From: Corallococcus silvisoli
GTDB taxonomy: Bacteria > Myxococcota > Myxococcia > Myxococcales > Myxococcaceae
NCBI RefSeq assembly: GCF_009909145.1
Contig: NZ_JAAAPJ010000005.1
Location: forward strand, 528,470 to 592,469
Direction of reading: 5' to 3'
DNA length: 64,000 bases
A program made the translations under genes and the position numbers. Under the pieces are notes generated by a model. That model did no database searches. It was not told the origin of the DNA and saw only the letters and a program-made list of their open reading frames with translations. Positions 18,027 through 27,111 of the stretch are shown piece by piece (position 1 is the first letter of the stretch; every line of letters starts with the position of its first letter).

Positions 18027-20701
18027 CGGAGGAAGTCCCGGATGCTCGACAGGTGGAGCTTCTGGGATTCGGCGCACAACTGGATGGACTCCAGGGCCCG
18101 GGCCAGGGCGCGTGGACCGCCTTCGATCTTCTCCACGCGGGGCTTGAGGAACGCCTCCACCTGGGCCCGCTGCGTCTCATCACAGAGATTTCCCAGACGG
18201 CCAATCAGCCCGCCCATCTCGTCCGAGCGCAGTCGCTGCGCCAGCTCATCGAAGTGCGCCTGATAGAAGCTCAAGGCCCGCGACTGCGACTCCGGGATGA
18301 CCAGCGCCATCTTGAGGATGATCTCGGAGTCCCTGACGTCGAAGTCCGACCCCATGACGAGCGCCAGCGCCCGCTCCACCAGCTCCGGGGCGCGGAAGAA
18401 GGCCAGGGCCGTCAACAGCCGCGTGCGCTCGTTGCGGTCCTGTTCCTTCTTCGCGGCCGCCAGCAGCGCGTCGAACAACGCCGCGTCCCCGTGCGCCGCC
18501 GCCCAGGGCAACGCATTCGACAGCGCCTCGGGATCCACTGACTTGCGGTCCGCCAGCCACGCACGGACCAGCGGCGCGGCCTCCTTCGCCAGCTTGGGAT
18601 CATCGCCGAGCCCCGCCGCCAGCGCGAGCAAAAGCGAGCGCGACTGCGTCATCGCGTCATCGTCTCCGGCCTTGGGCATCCAGCCGAGTGCGCGCGCGCG
18701 CGGCGCATAGAGCGACGCCACCCAGGCCCGGAAGCGCTGCCGCTCCTCCACCGTGAGCTGATCCTCACGCACCCGGTGAAGCAACGCGGCGCCCCCCTGC
18801 ACCACCAGGCGATCCGCCGACCGGGCGGTGGCGGGCACCGCGCTCAAGGCCTGCCCCAGCGGCAGGATCCCCCGAGTCACCGCCGCGTCCACGTCCGCCC
18901 AGAGCGCCACCTGCTCCCCCACCGTGAAGGCGGTGGCCGGCGTCGAGAGCAGCTTCGTCAATTGCTCCCGCGTGTAGCCGCCCCGGTAGTAGCCCGTGCC
19001 GCCCGCGTTGAGCAGCACCCACGCCGGGCACTGCTTCAAAGGCAGGGACACCTCCGCCGTCCGCCCCTCCATCATCGAGCACACGCGGGACGACTGCGCG
19101 CCGGTTCCCGCGCGAAGGCACACAGGCACGAGCCATTCCTGCTGGGAGCTCGCCTGCGACCCCACCGGCAGGTAGCGCTCCTGCGACAGCTTCACCGTCG
19201 GCGTGCCTCCCTTGGGGCATGACACCTGCGCGGACACGCTCGCCGCGCCGCCCTGCTCGATGAAACCGCCAAAGGACCGCGCCACCTCCGGTCCCGCCGC
19301 CTGGGACAGGTCCGCGAGGAAGTCCTCCATCGTCGCGACGCCCCAGGCGTGCTTGCGGACATACCCGCGCAGCGCCTCGCGGAAGCGCTCCGGACCCAGC
19401 CACGCCTCGAACATGGCGATGACGGACGAGCCCTTGTCATACGTCGTCCCGTTGTCGAAGGAGCCGACGATGTCGCTGTTGCTCGTCACCGGCTTGCGCA
19501 CCGGCAGCGCGGCCTCCAGCGCGTCCGACTCCAGCGCGTTGCGGGTCGCGGACATGGCGCGCTCCTGCTGGAAGTTCCAGGAAGGCTCCAGCCGGTCCAC
19601 CGTCTGCCGGTCCAGCCACGCGGTGAAGGACTCGTTCAGCCAGATGTCGTTCCACCACGCGCAGGTGACGACGTCGCCGAACCAATAGTGGCCCAGCTCA
19701 TGGTTGGCGATGACGGCGTAGGACTTGCGCCGGGCCAGCGTCTCCTCGCCAGGCGGGATGAGCGTGAGCGGCTGTCCGAGCGCGACGATGCCCGGGTGCT
19801 CCATGGTGCCCCAGTAGCGGGGCACCACCGCCACATCCAGCTTCTCGTACGGATAGGTCTGATCGAAGAAGTCCTCCAGGCCCTTCACGATGCGCGGCGT
19901 GATGCTCGCGGCGTACCGCGTCTCCGCGCCCCGGCCCTTCGGCACGACGAAGCGCAGCGGCACGCTCGCGCGCCCCACCGTGCCGGCCTCCACCACGTCG
20001 AACGGCCCCACCATGAAGGCCACGAGGTAGCTGGGCATGGGCTTGCTCTCCGCGAACGTGACCCGCTCCAGCCCGTCCGTCAGCGGCTCGCGAGACACGA
20101 CGGGATGGTTGGCCACCGCCACGTGCCCCGCCTTCACCGTGAAGCGCAGGCGCCACGGCACCTTGAAGGTCGGCTCGTCGAAGCACGGGAACGCGCGGCG
20201 CGCGTCGATGGGCTCGAAGAACGTGTAGAGGTAGGGCTCGCCCCCTTCCGCCTGGCCGTAGATGCCCTGGCTGCGCTCGCGGTCCACCTTGCCGGTGAAG
20301 TCGATCACGAGCCGCGCCCGGCCCGCCGGCAACGCCTCCGGCAACAGCAAGCCCAGGCGCCCCTCGTCCGCTGTCACCGGCTTCGCCTCCAAGGTGCGGT
20401 CGCCCACCACGACCCGGGCTCGCGTCACCTCCAGGTCCTGCGCGTGCAGCCACACCTGGCGCACCGGCTCACGGACCTCCACGTCGATGGTGACGCTGCC
20501 CGGATAGGTGTCCTCCGAAGGCACCAGCTTCAGATCCAACGCGTAGTGCACGGGCCGCACGGTGTCCGGCAGACGCAGCGCGGGGGGAAGGGCCTCCGGC
20601 CACGCGACGGCGGGAGGCGCGGAGGCGGACGGCGCGGCCTCCGGTGCGTGGGCACAGCGGACGGTCAAAGCCAACAGGACGAGCAGAGGGAGCAGACGCA
20701 T
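18017..20701 (-). CDS. Secreted M1-family aminopeptidase N
   Basis: Gluzincin motif 'VIANHELGHYWFGD ... WLNESFTAW' (HExxH+E). Signal peptide 'MRLLPLLVLLALTVRCAHA'. Confidence 0.9.
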   Translation of the reverse strand: MRLLPLLVLLALTVRCAHAPEAAPSASAPPAVAWPEALPPALRLPDTVRPVHYALDLKLVPSEDTYPGSVTIDVEVREPVRQVWLHAQDLEVTRARVVVGDRTLEAKPVTADEGRLGLLLPEALPAGRARLVIDFTGKVDRERSQGIYGQAEGGEPYLYTFFEPIDARRAFPCFDEPTFKVPWRLRFTVKAGHVAVANHPVVSREPLTDGLERVTFAESKPMPSYLVAFMVGPFDVVEAGTVGRASVPLRFVVPKGRGAETRYAASITPRIVKGLEDFFDQTYPYEKLDVAVVPRYWGTMEHPGIVALGQPLTLIPPGEETLARRKSYAVIANHELGHYWFGDVVTCAWWNDIWLNESFTAWLDRQTVDRLEPSWNFQQERAMSATRNALESDALEAALPVRKPVTSNSDIVGSFDNGTTYDKGSSVIAMFEAWLGPERFREALRGYVRKHAWGVATMEDFLADLSQAAGPEVARSFGGFIEQGGAASVSAQVSCPKGGTPTVKLSQERYLPVGSQASSQQEWLVPVCLRAGTGAQSSRVCSMMEGRTAEVSLPLKQCPAWVLLNAGGTGYYRGGYTREQLTKLLSTPATAFTVGEQVALWADVDAAVTRGILPLGQALSAVPATARSADRLVVQGGAALLHRVREDQLTVEERQRFRAWVASLYAPRARALGWMPKAGDDDAMTQSRSLLLALAAGLGDDPKLAKEAAPLVRAWLADRKSVDPEALSNALPWAAAHGDAALFDALLAAAKKEQDRNERTRLLTALAFFRAPELVERALALVMGSDFDVRDSEIILKMALVIPESQSRALSFYQAHFDELAQRLRSDEMGGLIGRLGNLCDETQRAQVEAFLKPRVEKIEGGPRALARALESIQLCAESQKLHLSSIRDFLRTH

Positions 20702-20804
20702 GGGGGCCCCAGCTTAGACCGGCGCGCGCTCGCCCACCGGGATGCTTTCACCGTCGGGAGCCGCTACCTTCCCGCTCTGCTTTTCCGCACAAGCCGAGGA
20801 AAAC

Positions 20805-21695
20805 ATGATGCATCACGGTCGCCGTCTTCCCTCCCTCGTCGTGTCCCTGCTCCTGATGACGGGCTTCGCGTTGCCTGCCAGCGCGGACACGTACCAGACC
20901 TACACAACGCCCACGGTCAATGGCTTTCAGATTGGCACGGTGCAACCCAACTCCCCGACAGGCAATTACAGCACCCCCACGGACACCGCCCGCCGCTTCT
21001 GCACGGACCAGGGCCACAGCGGGGCGCGGTCCTTCACCACCGCCATCCGGGGCTCCGCGTATACGTACATCATCGGCACGGGCGGCGTGGGCGTGTGGAA
21101 CACGACGGGCAACGCGAACGTGACGATGATTGAATCCGTCACCTGCTTCACGTCCATGACGGAGGTCACGTACACGGCGCCGACAGTGGATGGCTATCCG
21201 GTGGGCACTGTCCAGCCGCTCTATCCCACGGGCAACCTCAGCACGGCCGCGGACACCGCCCGCCGCTTCTGCACGGACCTGGGGCACGCCGGCGCGCTGC
21301 GCTTCACCAGCACGGTCCGTGAGTCCGCGTATTCGTACGTCGCCGGGACGGGCGGTGTGGGCCCCTGGAGCAAGTCTGGCAACTCAAACGCGACGATGCT
21401 GGAGTCCATCACCTGCTTCCATTCAGCGGAGGTCGCGTACGAGACGCCCAAGGTGAATGGCTTTCAGATCGGCACGGTCCAGCCGAACTTCCCCACGGCC
21501 AACCTCAGCACGCCCGCGGACACCGCCCGCCGCTTCTGCCAGGACCAGGGGCACGCCGGCGCGCTGAGCTTCACCACCGCCATCCGGGGCTCCGCGTATA
21601 CCTACATCATCGGCACGGGCGGCGTGGGCCCCTGGAACACGACGGGCAATGGGAACGTGACGATGATCGAATCCATCCTCTGCATCACGTACTAG
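20805..21695 (+). CDS. Secreted protein made of three tandem ~96-aa repeats (unknown domain)
   Basis: Signal peptide, then three highly similar units each with 'TP.VNGFQIGTVQPN.PTGN.STP.DTARRFC.DQGH.GA..FT..IRGSAYTYIIGTGGVG.WNTTGN.NVTMIES..C'. GAGGA lies 6 nt before the ATG. Confidence 0.65.
   Translation: MMHHGRRLPSLVVSLLLMTGFALPASADTYQTYTTPTVNGFQIGTVQPNSPTGNYSTPTDTARRFCTDQGHSGARSFTTAIRGSAYTYIIGTGGVGVWNTTGNANVTMIESVTCFTSMTEVTYTAPTVDGYPVGTVQPLYPTGNLSTAADTARRFCTDLGHAGALRFTSTVRESAYSYVAGTGGVGPWSKSGNSNATMLESITCFHSAEVAYETPKVNGFQIGTVQPNFPTANLSTPADTARRFCQDQGHAGALSFTTAIRGSAYTYIIGTGGVGPWNTTGNGNVTMIESILCITY
20880..21690 (+). repeat. Three tandem ~285-bp coding repeats
   Basis: DNA-level repetition visible (e.g. 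'gacaccgcccgccgcttctgcacggacc' recurs at ~20980, ~21250, ~21520). Encodes the three protein repeats. Confidence 0.7.
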
Positions 21696-21794
21696 CCGGA
21701 CGTCCGGGCCGGGAGGGAGCCACGGGCGCGCTCCCGGCCGACAGCCTCCGACTTCCAGATGCGCCGGGCGGTGGAGTGGGCCAGGATGCGCCCC

Positions 21795-22616
21795 ATGTCC
21801 AACCTCCAAGGCAAGACCCTCTTCATCACCGGCGCCAGCCGCGGCATCGGCAAGGCCATCGCGCTGCGCGCGGCCCGGGACGGCGCCAACATCGTCATCG
21901 CCGCCAAGACGACCGAACCGCACCCCAAGCTGCCCGGCACCATCCACACCGCGGCGAAGGAGATTGAAGAAGCCGGCGGCAAGGCGCTCGCGTGCGTGGT
22001 GGACATCCGCGACGAGGCGCAGATCCACGCGGCCGTCGCGAAGGCCGTGGAGACCTTCGGCGGCATCGACATCCTGGTGAACAACGCCAGCGCCATCAGC
22101 CTCACCGGCACGCTGGAGACGCCGCTCAAGCGCTTCGACCTGATGCACGGCATCAACACGCGCGGCACCTTCGCGTGCTCGCAGGCCTGCATCCCGTACC
22201 TGAAGAAGTCCAGCAACCCGCACATCCTCAACAACTCGCCGCCCCTCAACATGGAGCCGCGCTGGTTCGGGCCCCACGTGGCGTACACCATCGCCAAGTA
22301 CGGCATGAGCCTGTGCGCGCTGGGCATGGCGGAGGAGCTCAAGGACGACGGCATCGCCGTCAACACCCTCTGGCCCCGCACCGTCATCGCCACCGCCGCC
22401 GTGCAGAACCTGCTGGGCGGTGACGACACCATCCGCGGCAGCCGCACGCCGGAGATCATGGCCGACGCCGCCTACACCATCCTCACCAGGCCCAGCCGCT
22501 CCTTCACCGGGAACTTCTGCATCGACGACGAGGTCCTCCGCGCGGCCGGCGTCACCGACTTCGACAAGTACCAGTCCGTGCCCGGCGCGGAGCTGCTGCC
22601 CGACTTCTTCCTCTAA
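21795..22616 (+). CDS. Short-chain dehydrogenase/reductase (SDR) family oxidoreductase
   Basis: 'KTLFITGASRGIGKAIA' is the Rossmann TGxxxGxG motif; 'YTIAKYGMS' is the YxxxK motif. Confidence 0.85.
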   Translation: MSNLQGKTLFITGASRGIGKAIALRAARDGANIVIAAKTTEPHPKLPGTIHTAAKEIEEAGGKALACVVDIRDEAQIHAAVAKAVETFGGIDILVNNASAISLTGTLETPLKRFDLMHGINTRGTFACSQACIPYLKKSSNPHILNNSPPLNMEPRWFGPHVAYTIAKYGMSLCALGMAEELKDDGIAVNTLWPRTVIATAAVQNLLGGDDTIRGSRTPEIMADAAYTILTRPSRSFTGNFCIDDEVLRAAGVTDFDKYQSVPGAELLPDFFL

Positions 22617-22639
22617 GCGTCCGGCCCCGCCCAGGCTCC

Positions 22640-23560
22640 ATGCCCCCGCGCAAGCTCCAGCGGCACCTCGTCTGGCTCGAGTCCTTCACCGCCGCCGTGG
22701 AGGCCGGCAGCATCGAAGCCGCCGCGGAGCACCTGGGCGTCGCCCGCTCCGTCGTGAGTGAACACATCCGCGCGCTGGAAGAGGTGCTCGCGGATGGCGC
22801 CGCCCTGCTGGAGCGCGGCCCGGGCAGGCGCCTCCAGCTGTCCGCGCGCGGGGAGCGGCTCTACGCCGGCACGCAGACGCCGCTGCACCAGCTGGACATG
22901 AAGCGGTTGATGGACCTGGCCCGCGTGGAGCCCACCCTCCGCCTGGGCCTCAACCCCACCCTCTCCATGTCCCTGCTGGGCGGCATCGCGCAGGACGCCG
23001 CCGCCACCGACCTCAAGCTGGTGGTGGGCTTCGGCGGGTCGCATGAGCTCATGCGGCAGGTGCAGACGCGGCAGCAGGATCTGGTGCTCGACTTCACCCC
23101 GCTGCCCCCCCACGAGGGCGTGGACACCGAATCCCTGCTGCGCATGTCCTTCGTGGTGCTCGCGGGCCCCGACTCCACGCTCGCCCACGCGCACCCCTCC
23201 CGCCGCGCCCTGGATGTGAAGGATCTGGACGGTCAACGCTTCGTGGACTGGCTGCGAGACGACCCGTACGGCGGCGCCAACAGCGCCCGCTTCGCCGCCC
23301 AGGGCGTCACCGTGAACGAGGTGGGCCGCGTGGAGAGCTTCCTCCACCTCTACGAGCTGCTGCGCGCCTACCGGGCCTGCGCCATCGCCCCCGACGTGCG
23401 CCCCACCCAGCCGTTCCCCACCGACCTCCGCGTCTGGCCCCTGCGCGAACAAGACCCCCAGGCCGTGGAGGTCGTCGCCCTCTGGCCCTCCGGCGGCCTC
23501 AGCCCCGGCGCCCAGAGCATCCTGGACGGGCTGCGTCGCCGCCTGAACAAACGGCGATAA
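22640..23560 (+). CDS. LysR-family transcriptional regulator
   Basis: N-terminal HTH 'LESFTAAVEAGSIEAAAEHLGVARSVVSEHIRALEE' plus a LysR substrate-binding-like C-terminal region. Confidence 0.8.
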   Translation: MPPRKLQRHLVWLESFTAAVEAGSIEAAAEHLGVARSVVSEHIRALEEVLADGAALLERGPGRRLQLSARGERLYAGTQTPLHQLDMKRLMDLARVEPTLRLGLNPTLSMSLLGGIAQDAAATDLKLVVGFGGSHELMRQVQTRQQDLVLDFTPLPPHEGVDTESLLRMSFVVLAGPDSTLAHAHPSRRALDVKDLDGQRFVDWLRDDPYGGANSARFAAQGVTVNEVGRVESFLHLYELLRAYRACAIAPDVRPTQPFPTDLRVWPLREQDPQAVEVVALWPSGGLSPGAQSILDGLRRRLNKRR

Positions 23561-23653
23561 TCCGACGAAGACGTCGAATTCTGCCGGATTTCCGTCTTCC
23601 AGCCGGGTGCGTATTCTTCAAGGGTCCTGTTGCGCCTGAAGGAGCCGCCCGCG

Positions 23654-25249
23654 ATGACGCCCACGGAACGGACCATTGCCCGCCTGCCCGCCCACCTGCG
23701 CCGCTACGTCGTGGCGCAGGACTACGCGGCGTACACGCCCAGGGATCAGGCGGTGTGGCGGCACATCCTGGGGCAGCTGCGGGAGCACCTGGGCGACAAG
23801 GCGCACCCCGTCTACCTGGAGGGCCTGGAGGCGACGGGCATCGGGGCGGAGGCCATCCCCAGCCTGGATGAGATGAACGCGAAGCTGGCGAAGCTGGGCT
23901 GGGCCTGCGTGGCGGTGCGCGGCTTCATCCCGCCGGCGGTCTTCACGGAGCTGCAGGCGCTGGGCGTGCTGGCCATCGCGGCGGACATCCGCACCCACGA
24001 GCACATCCAGTACACGCCCGCGCCGGACATCGTCCATGAGAGCGCGGGCCACGCGCCCATCATCGCGAACGCGCGCTACGCGCAGTACCTGAAGGCCGTG
24101 GGGCTGGTGGGGTTCAAGGCCATCGCCAGCGTGGAGGACCAGGCCGTCTTCGAGGCCATCCGCAACCTCTCCGTGGTGAAGGAGGACCCGACGGCGAGCG
24201 AGGAGGAGATCGCCCACGCCCAGGCCCGTCTGGAGGCCGCCAACGCCAGCCACCGCTACATCAGCGAGAGCACCCGCGCGAGCCGCCTGTACTGGTGGAC
24301 GGCGGAGTACGGCCTCATCGGCGACCTGGAGCGCCCGCGCATCTATGGCGCGGGCCTGCTGTCCAGCATCGGCGAGGCGAAGCACTGCCTGACGTCCGCC
24401 GTGCGCAAGCTGCCCCTGGGCCAGGAGTGCGCGGACACGGACTACGACATCACCCGCATGCAGCCGCAGCTCTTCGTGGCGCGCGACTTCGAACACCTCT
24501 TCGAAGTGCTCGCCGACTTCGAGTCGACGCTCGCGTGGAAGCGCGGCGGGGACCTGGGCCTGAACGAAGCGCTGCGGGCGCGCACCGTCAACCACCTGGT
24601 GCTCGCGGACGGCCGGGAGGTCACGGGCAAGGTGGTGGAGCTGCTGCCCACCGCGAAGGAAGTGGCGCCGGGCCTGTCCACCGCGCTGGCGCGGCTGGAG
24701 GGCCCCATCCTCACGTCGGTGAAGGGTCAGGCCGTGGACAAGCCGTTCAGCGGCGCGGCGCTGGTGGCATTTGGCCAGGGCACGCTGCCGGAGCGCGGGA
24801 GCTTCCGGCTCACCCTGGACAGCGGGCTGGTGTTGGAGGGGTTCGCGGTGGGCGGCGGAGAGGTCATCGCGCTGAGCGGGACCCTGGGCGGACAGCCGCT
24901 GACGCTGCCGTCCATGGCGCGGCTGTACCTGACGGAGCGGCTGCCGTCCGTGGCGGGCGGCCCGGCGGATCCCGGCACCTGGGACCGGTGGTTCGGGGAG
25001 CTGGACGCCTTCACCGCGGGAGACGGCGAGGCGCTGGCCCGCGAGCGCAAGGCCCAGGCCCTGCCCCCGTCGCTGGCGGCGCTCTACACGGAGGTGCGCC
25101 GCATCCGCGAGACGGGGCAGCTCGCCCCCGAGCGGCTGGAGCAGATCGCCCGCGCGTCCACGGACTTCCCGTCGGACTGGCTCCTGCGCGCGGAGGTCGC
25201 GGAGCTGCGCGGCGAGGTGCCCGCGCGGCGGGACGCGGCGCACGCATAG
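23654..25249 (+). CDS. phhA: Biopterin-dependent aromatic amino acid hydroxylase (phenylalanine-4-hydroxylase-like) with ~250-aa C-terminal extension
   Basis: 'PDIVHESAGHAPII', 'YWWTAEYGLIG' and 'IYGAGLLSSIGE' are Biopterin_H catalytic-core signatures. Total 531 aa, versus ~270-300 aa for typical bacterial PAH. Confidence 0.8.
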   Translation: MTPTERTIARLPAHLRRYVVAQDYAAYTPRDQAVWRHILGQLREHLGDKAHPVYLEGLEATGIGAEAIPSLDEMNAKLAKLGWACVAVRGFIPPAVFTELQALGVLAIAADIRTHEHIQYTPAPDIVHESAGHAPIIANARYAQYLKAVGLVGFKAIASVEDQAVFEAIRNLSVVKEDPTASEEEIAHAQARLEAANASHRYISESTRASRLYWWTAEYGLIGDLERPRIYGAGLLSSIGEAKHCLTSAVRKLPLGQECADTDYDITRMQPQLFVARDFEHLFEVLADFESTLAWKRGGDLGLNEALRARTVNHLVLADGREVTGKVVELLPTAKEVAPGLSTALARLEGPILTSVKGQAVDKPFSGAALVAFGQGTLPERGSFRLTLDSGLVLEGFAVGGGEVIALSGTLGGQPLTLPSMARLYLTERLPSVAGGPADPGTWDRWFGELDAFTAGDGEALARERKAQALPPSLAALYTEVRRIRETGQLAPERLEQIARASTDFPSDWLLRAEVAELRGEVPARRDAAHA

Positions 25250-25303
25250 CCACGGGCGCGCCGCACCCTCGACTGACTTCCGGGTGGGCGCGCGACGCGC
25301 GGA

Positions 25304-26935
25304 CTACGCGTTGCGACGCACCATCGCGACCTCGTAGCGGCGGTCCGTCACGTAGCCGTTCGCGGCCTGGCCGGGGCGGTACATCTTCCCGCTCTGGTCA
25401 TCCACGTAGAAGCGGTTGTTGGGATTGGTGTCCTTGCCCTTGCTGGCGTTGGACGTGCCCGGGTCGTGGAACGTGTAGTAGGTGCGGCCCTTGTCGTCGA
25501 CGCCACGGCCCGTGATGGTCACGAAGTGGTCCGTGAGGCCATCCGCGTTGTAGTTCGCGTCCTTGTGGCTGACCCCCACCACCACCGGCTTGCCCGCGTC
25601 CAGCTGCCGGTCGATGTAGTCGCGGCCCTCCTTGGCCTTCTTCGAGTCCACCGTGAGCTGGCCGGTGCTGTTCTCGCTCTTGCCCACCTGGATGCGGTTC
25701 TCCGGTCCCGTCACCTTCGCGCCCGACGCGCCCGCCATCGCCGTCGCGGCCTTGAAGCACGCCGTGTCGCTCGCGGTGTAGCCGTGGCCGTTCTCGAACT
25801 GGCTGTAGTACGGCACCTTCACGTGGACCGAGGGGCCGGACTTCGACGGGGCCACCTGCTGCGTGTCCGTGCGGTCCGCCTCCGTGGTGGGCCGCGAGGT
25901 CATGGTGCCGCCCGTCTTGTTCGGAGGGACGATGCCCGTGTTGCCCGGCGTCGCCGCGCCGCCCGTCTTGTTCGGAGGGACGATGCCCGTGTTGCCCGGC
26001 GTCGCGGTGGCGCCCGCCTTCTCCTTCTTGAGCATCGCGAGCGCGTCCTTGGCCTCTGACTTGAAGCGGTTGGCCACGCCCTTCTGCACGTCCCGGGAGT
26101 TGCCGGAGAAGTGCACCAGGGTGCCGCTGGCGTTCGTGCGGCCGCGCTCGGCGTAGATGTCCTTGATGAGCTGCTCGTCGCTCACCTTGGCGGGGTCGCG
26201 CCCGGCCAGCGCCTTCTTGAAGATGTCATCCGCCGCGCCCGGGCCGTGCTGCACCGACGTGGACCAGGCCACGTCGCGCAGCGCCGCGGACCGCTTGTCC
26301 AGGTCGATGCCTGTCGCCTTCTTGATGTTCGCGGCGCCCACGTCGTAGTGCGTGGCCTTGATGTAGTCGTGCTGGGCCTTGTCGAAGCCCTTCGGGTCCT
26401 TCGCCGCCAGCTGCTTCCACGCCGTGGAGAACGCCGGCGTGCCCGGCTTGCTGCCTGACAGCGCCTTGTAGAAGTCCGGGTTCGACTTCTTCAGCGAGTT
26501 CACGAACGACTGCGCCGAGCCGTTCGCCGAGGCGAACTGGTAGGAGCCGTAGGACACGCCGCCCCGGTCCCCCTTGCCCGTGGAGACGGTGCCGGGACCG
26601 CGCGCCTCGTACTTGCGGCTCAGCCCGCCCAGCTCCCCATCCGCCGTACGGGTGGAGGGCGTCGCCGTGGAGGTGGCCGGCGCCTTCGTGCCCCCGGTGG
26701 ACTGCGCGAAGCTGTCGCCCTGCGCCTTGCCCCCCGCGTTCGAACCGCGCGGGCCCTTCGTGTCGAAGCCGTCCTTCAGCTGGAGCGTCTGCCCCGCGAG
26801 GATCCTGTTCGGATCCTTGATGTTGTTCGCCTTGGCCAGCGCGTCCACCGACGTGTTGTAGCGCCTGGCGATCTCGGAAAGGGTGTCACCGGAACGCACG
26901 CGGATGCTGGAGACGGTCATGGAAAGCCCTCTCAT
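25304..26935 (-). CDS. LysM-domain protein with central unknown domain and C-terminal papain-like (C39-like) cysteine peptidase domain
   Basis: LysM 'IRVRSGDTLSEIARRYNTSVDALAKANNI'. C-terminal 'VPYYSQFENGHGYTASDTACFKA ... DHFVTITG' resembles the Peptidase_C39-like Q/C/H arrangement. Internal exact 17-aa tandem duplication. Start at 26935 or 26920. Confidence 0.6.
   Translation of the reverse strand: MRGLSMTVSSIRVRSGDTLSEIARRYNTSVDALAKANNIKDPNRILAGQTLQLKDGFDTKGPRGSNAGGKAQGDSFAQSTGGTKAPATSTATPSTRTADGELGGLSRKYEARGPGTVSTGKGDRGGVSYGSYQFASANGSAQSFVNSLKKSNPDFYKALSGSKPGTPAFSTAWKQLAAKDPKGFDKAQHDYIKATHYDVGAANIKKATGIDLDKRSAALRDVAWSTSVQHGPGAADDIFKKALAGRDPAKVSDEQLIKDIYAERGRTNASGTLVHFSGNSRDVQKGVANRFKSEAKDALAMLKKEKAGATATPGNTGIVPPNKTGGAATPGNTGIVPPNKTGGTMTSRPTTEADRTDTQQVAPSKSGPSVHVKVPYYSQFENGHGYTASDTACFKAATAMAGASGAKVTGPENRIQVGKSENSTGQLTVDSKKAKEGRDYIDRQLDAGKPVVVGVSHKDANYNADGLTDHFVTITGRGVDDKGRTYYTFHDPGTSNASKGKDTNPNNRFYVDDQSGKMYRPGQAANGYVTDRRYEVAMVRRNA
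25908..26012 (-). repeat. Exact 51-bp tandem duplication inside the LysM-peptidase gene
   Basis: 'cccgtcttgttcggagggacgatgcccgtgttgcccggcgtcgc' occurs twice consecutively, encoding ATPGNTGIVPPNKTGGA x2. Confidence 0.7.
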
Positions 26936-27111
26936 GTCCGACCGCGAACAGACACATCGCGGACGCGATTGGATTTCCACGATTATCGAAAGGCAATGCG
27001 CGCGGTTTCGCATTGACAGTCACAATCACGTAAAGCATGTGATTCCGGCTACTTCAGTTTCCACGGATCAATACGACGTCATCAAAGGACATGCCCAGGA
27101 GGTCCAGCCAG

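Noticed and set aside
25860-26012. Tandem direct repeats considered as a possible CRISPR array or mobile-element terminal repeats. The same applies to 28305-28362, 30408-30556 and 59100-59230.
   Set aside because: The repeats are short, lie inside ORFs and are in-frame. They encode low-complexity peptide repeats (ATPGNTGIVPPNKTGGA, SPDGG, DAGT, EEPYEEE). There are no spacers of unique sequence and no cas genes.
26940-27110. AT-rich segment examined for a tRNA, an integration site or an island boundary
   Set aside because: No cloverleaf-compatible sequence (no GTTC-type T-arm with a matching acceptor stem) and no integrase nearby. Most simply a divergent promoter region between the LysM-peptidase gene and a secreted-protein gene.
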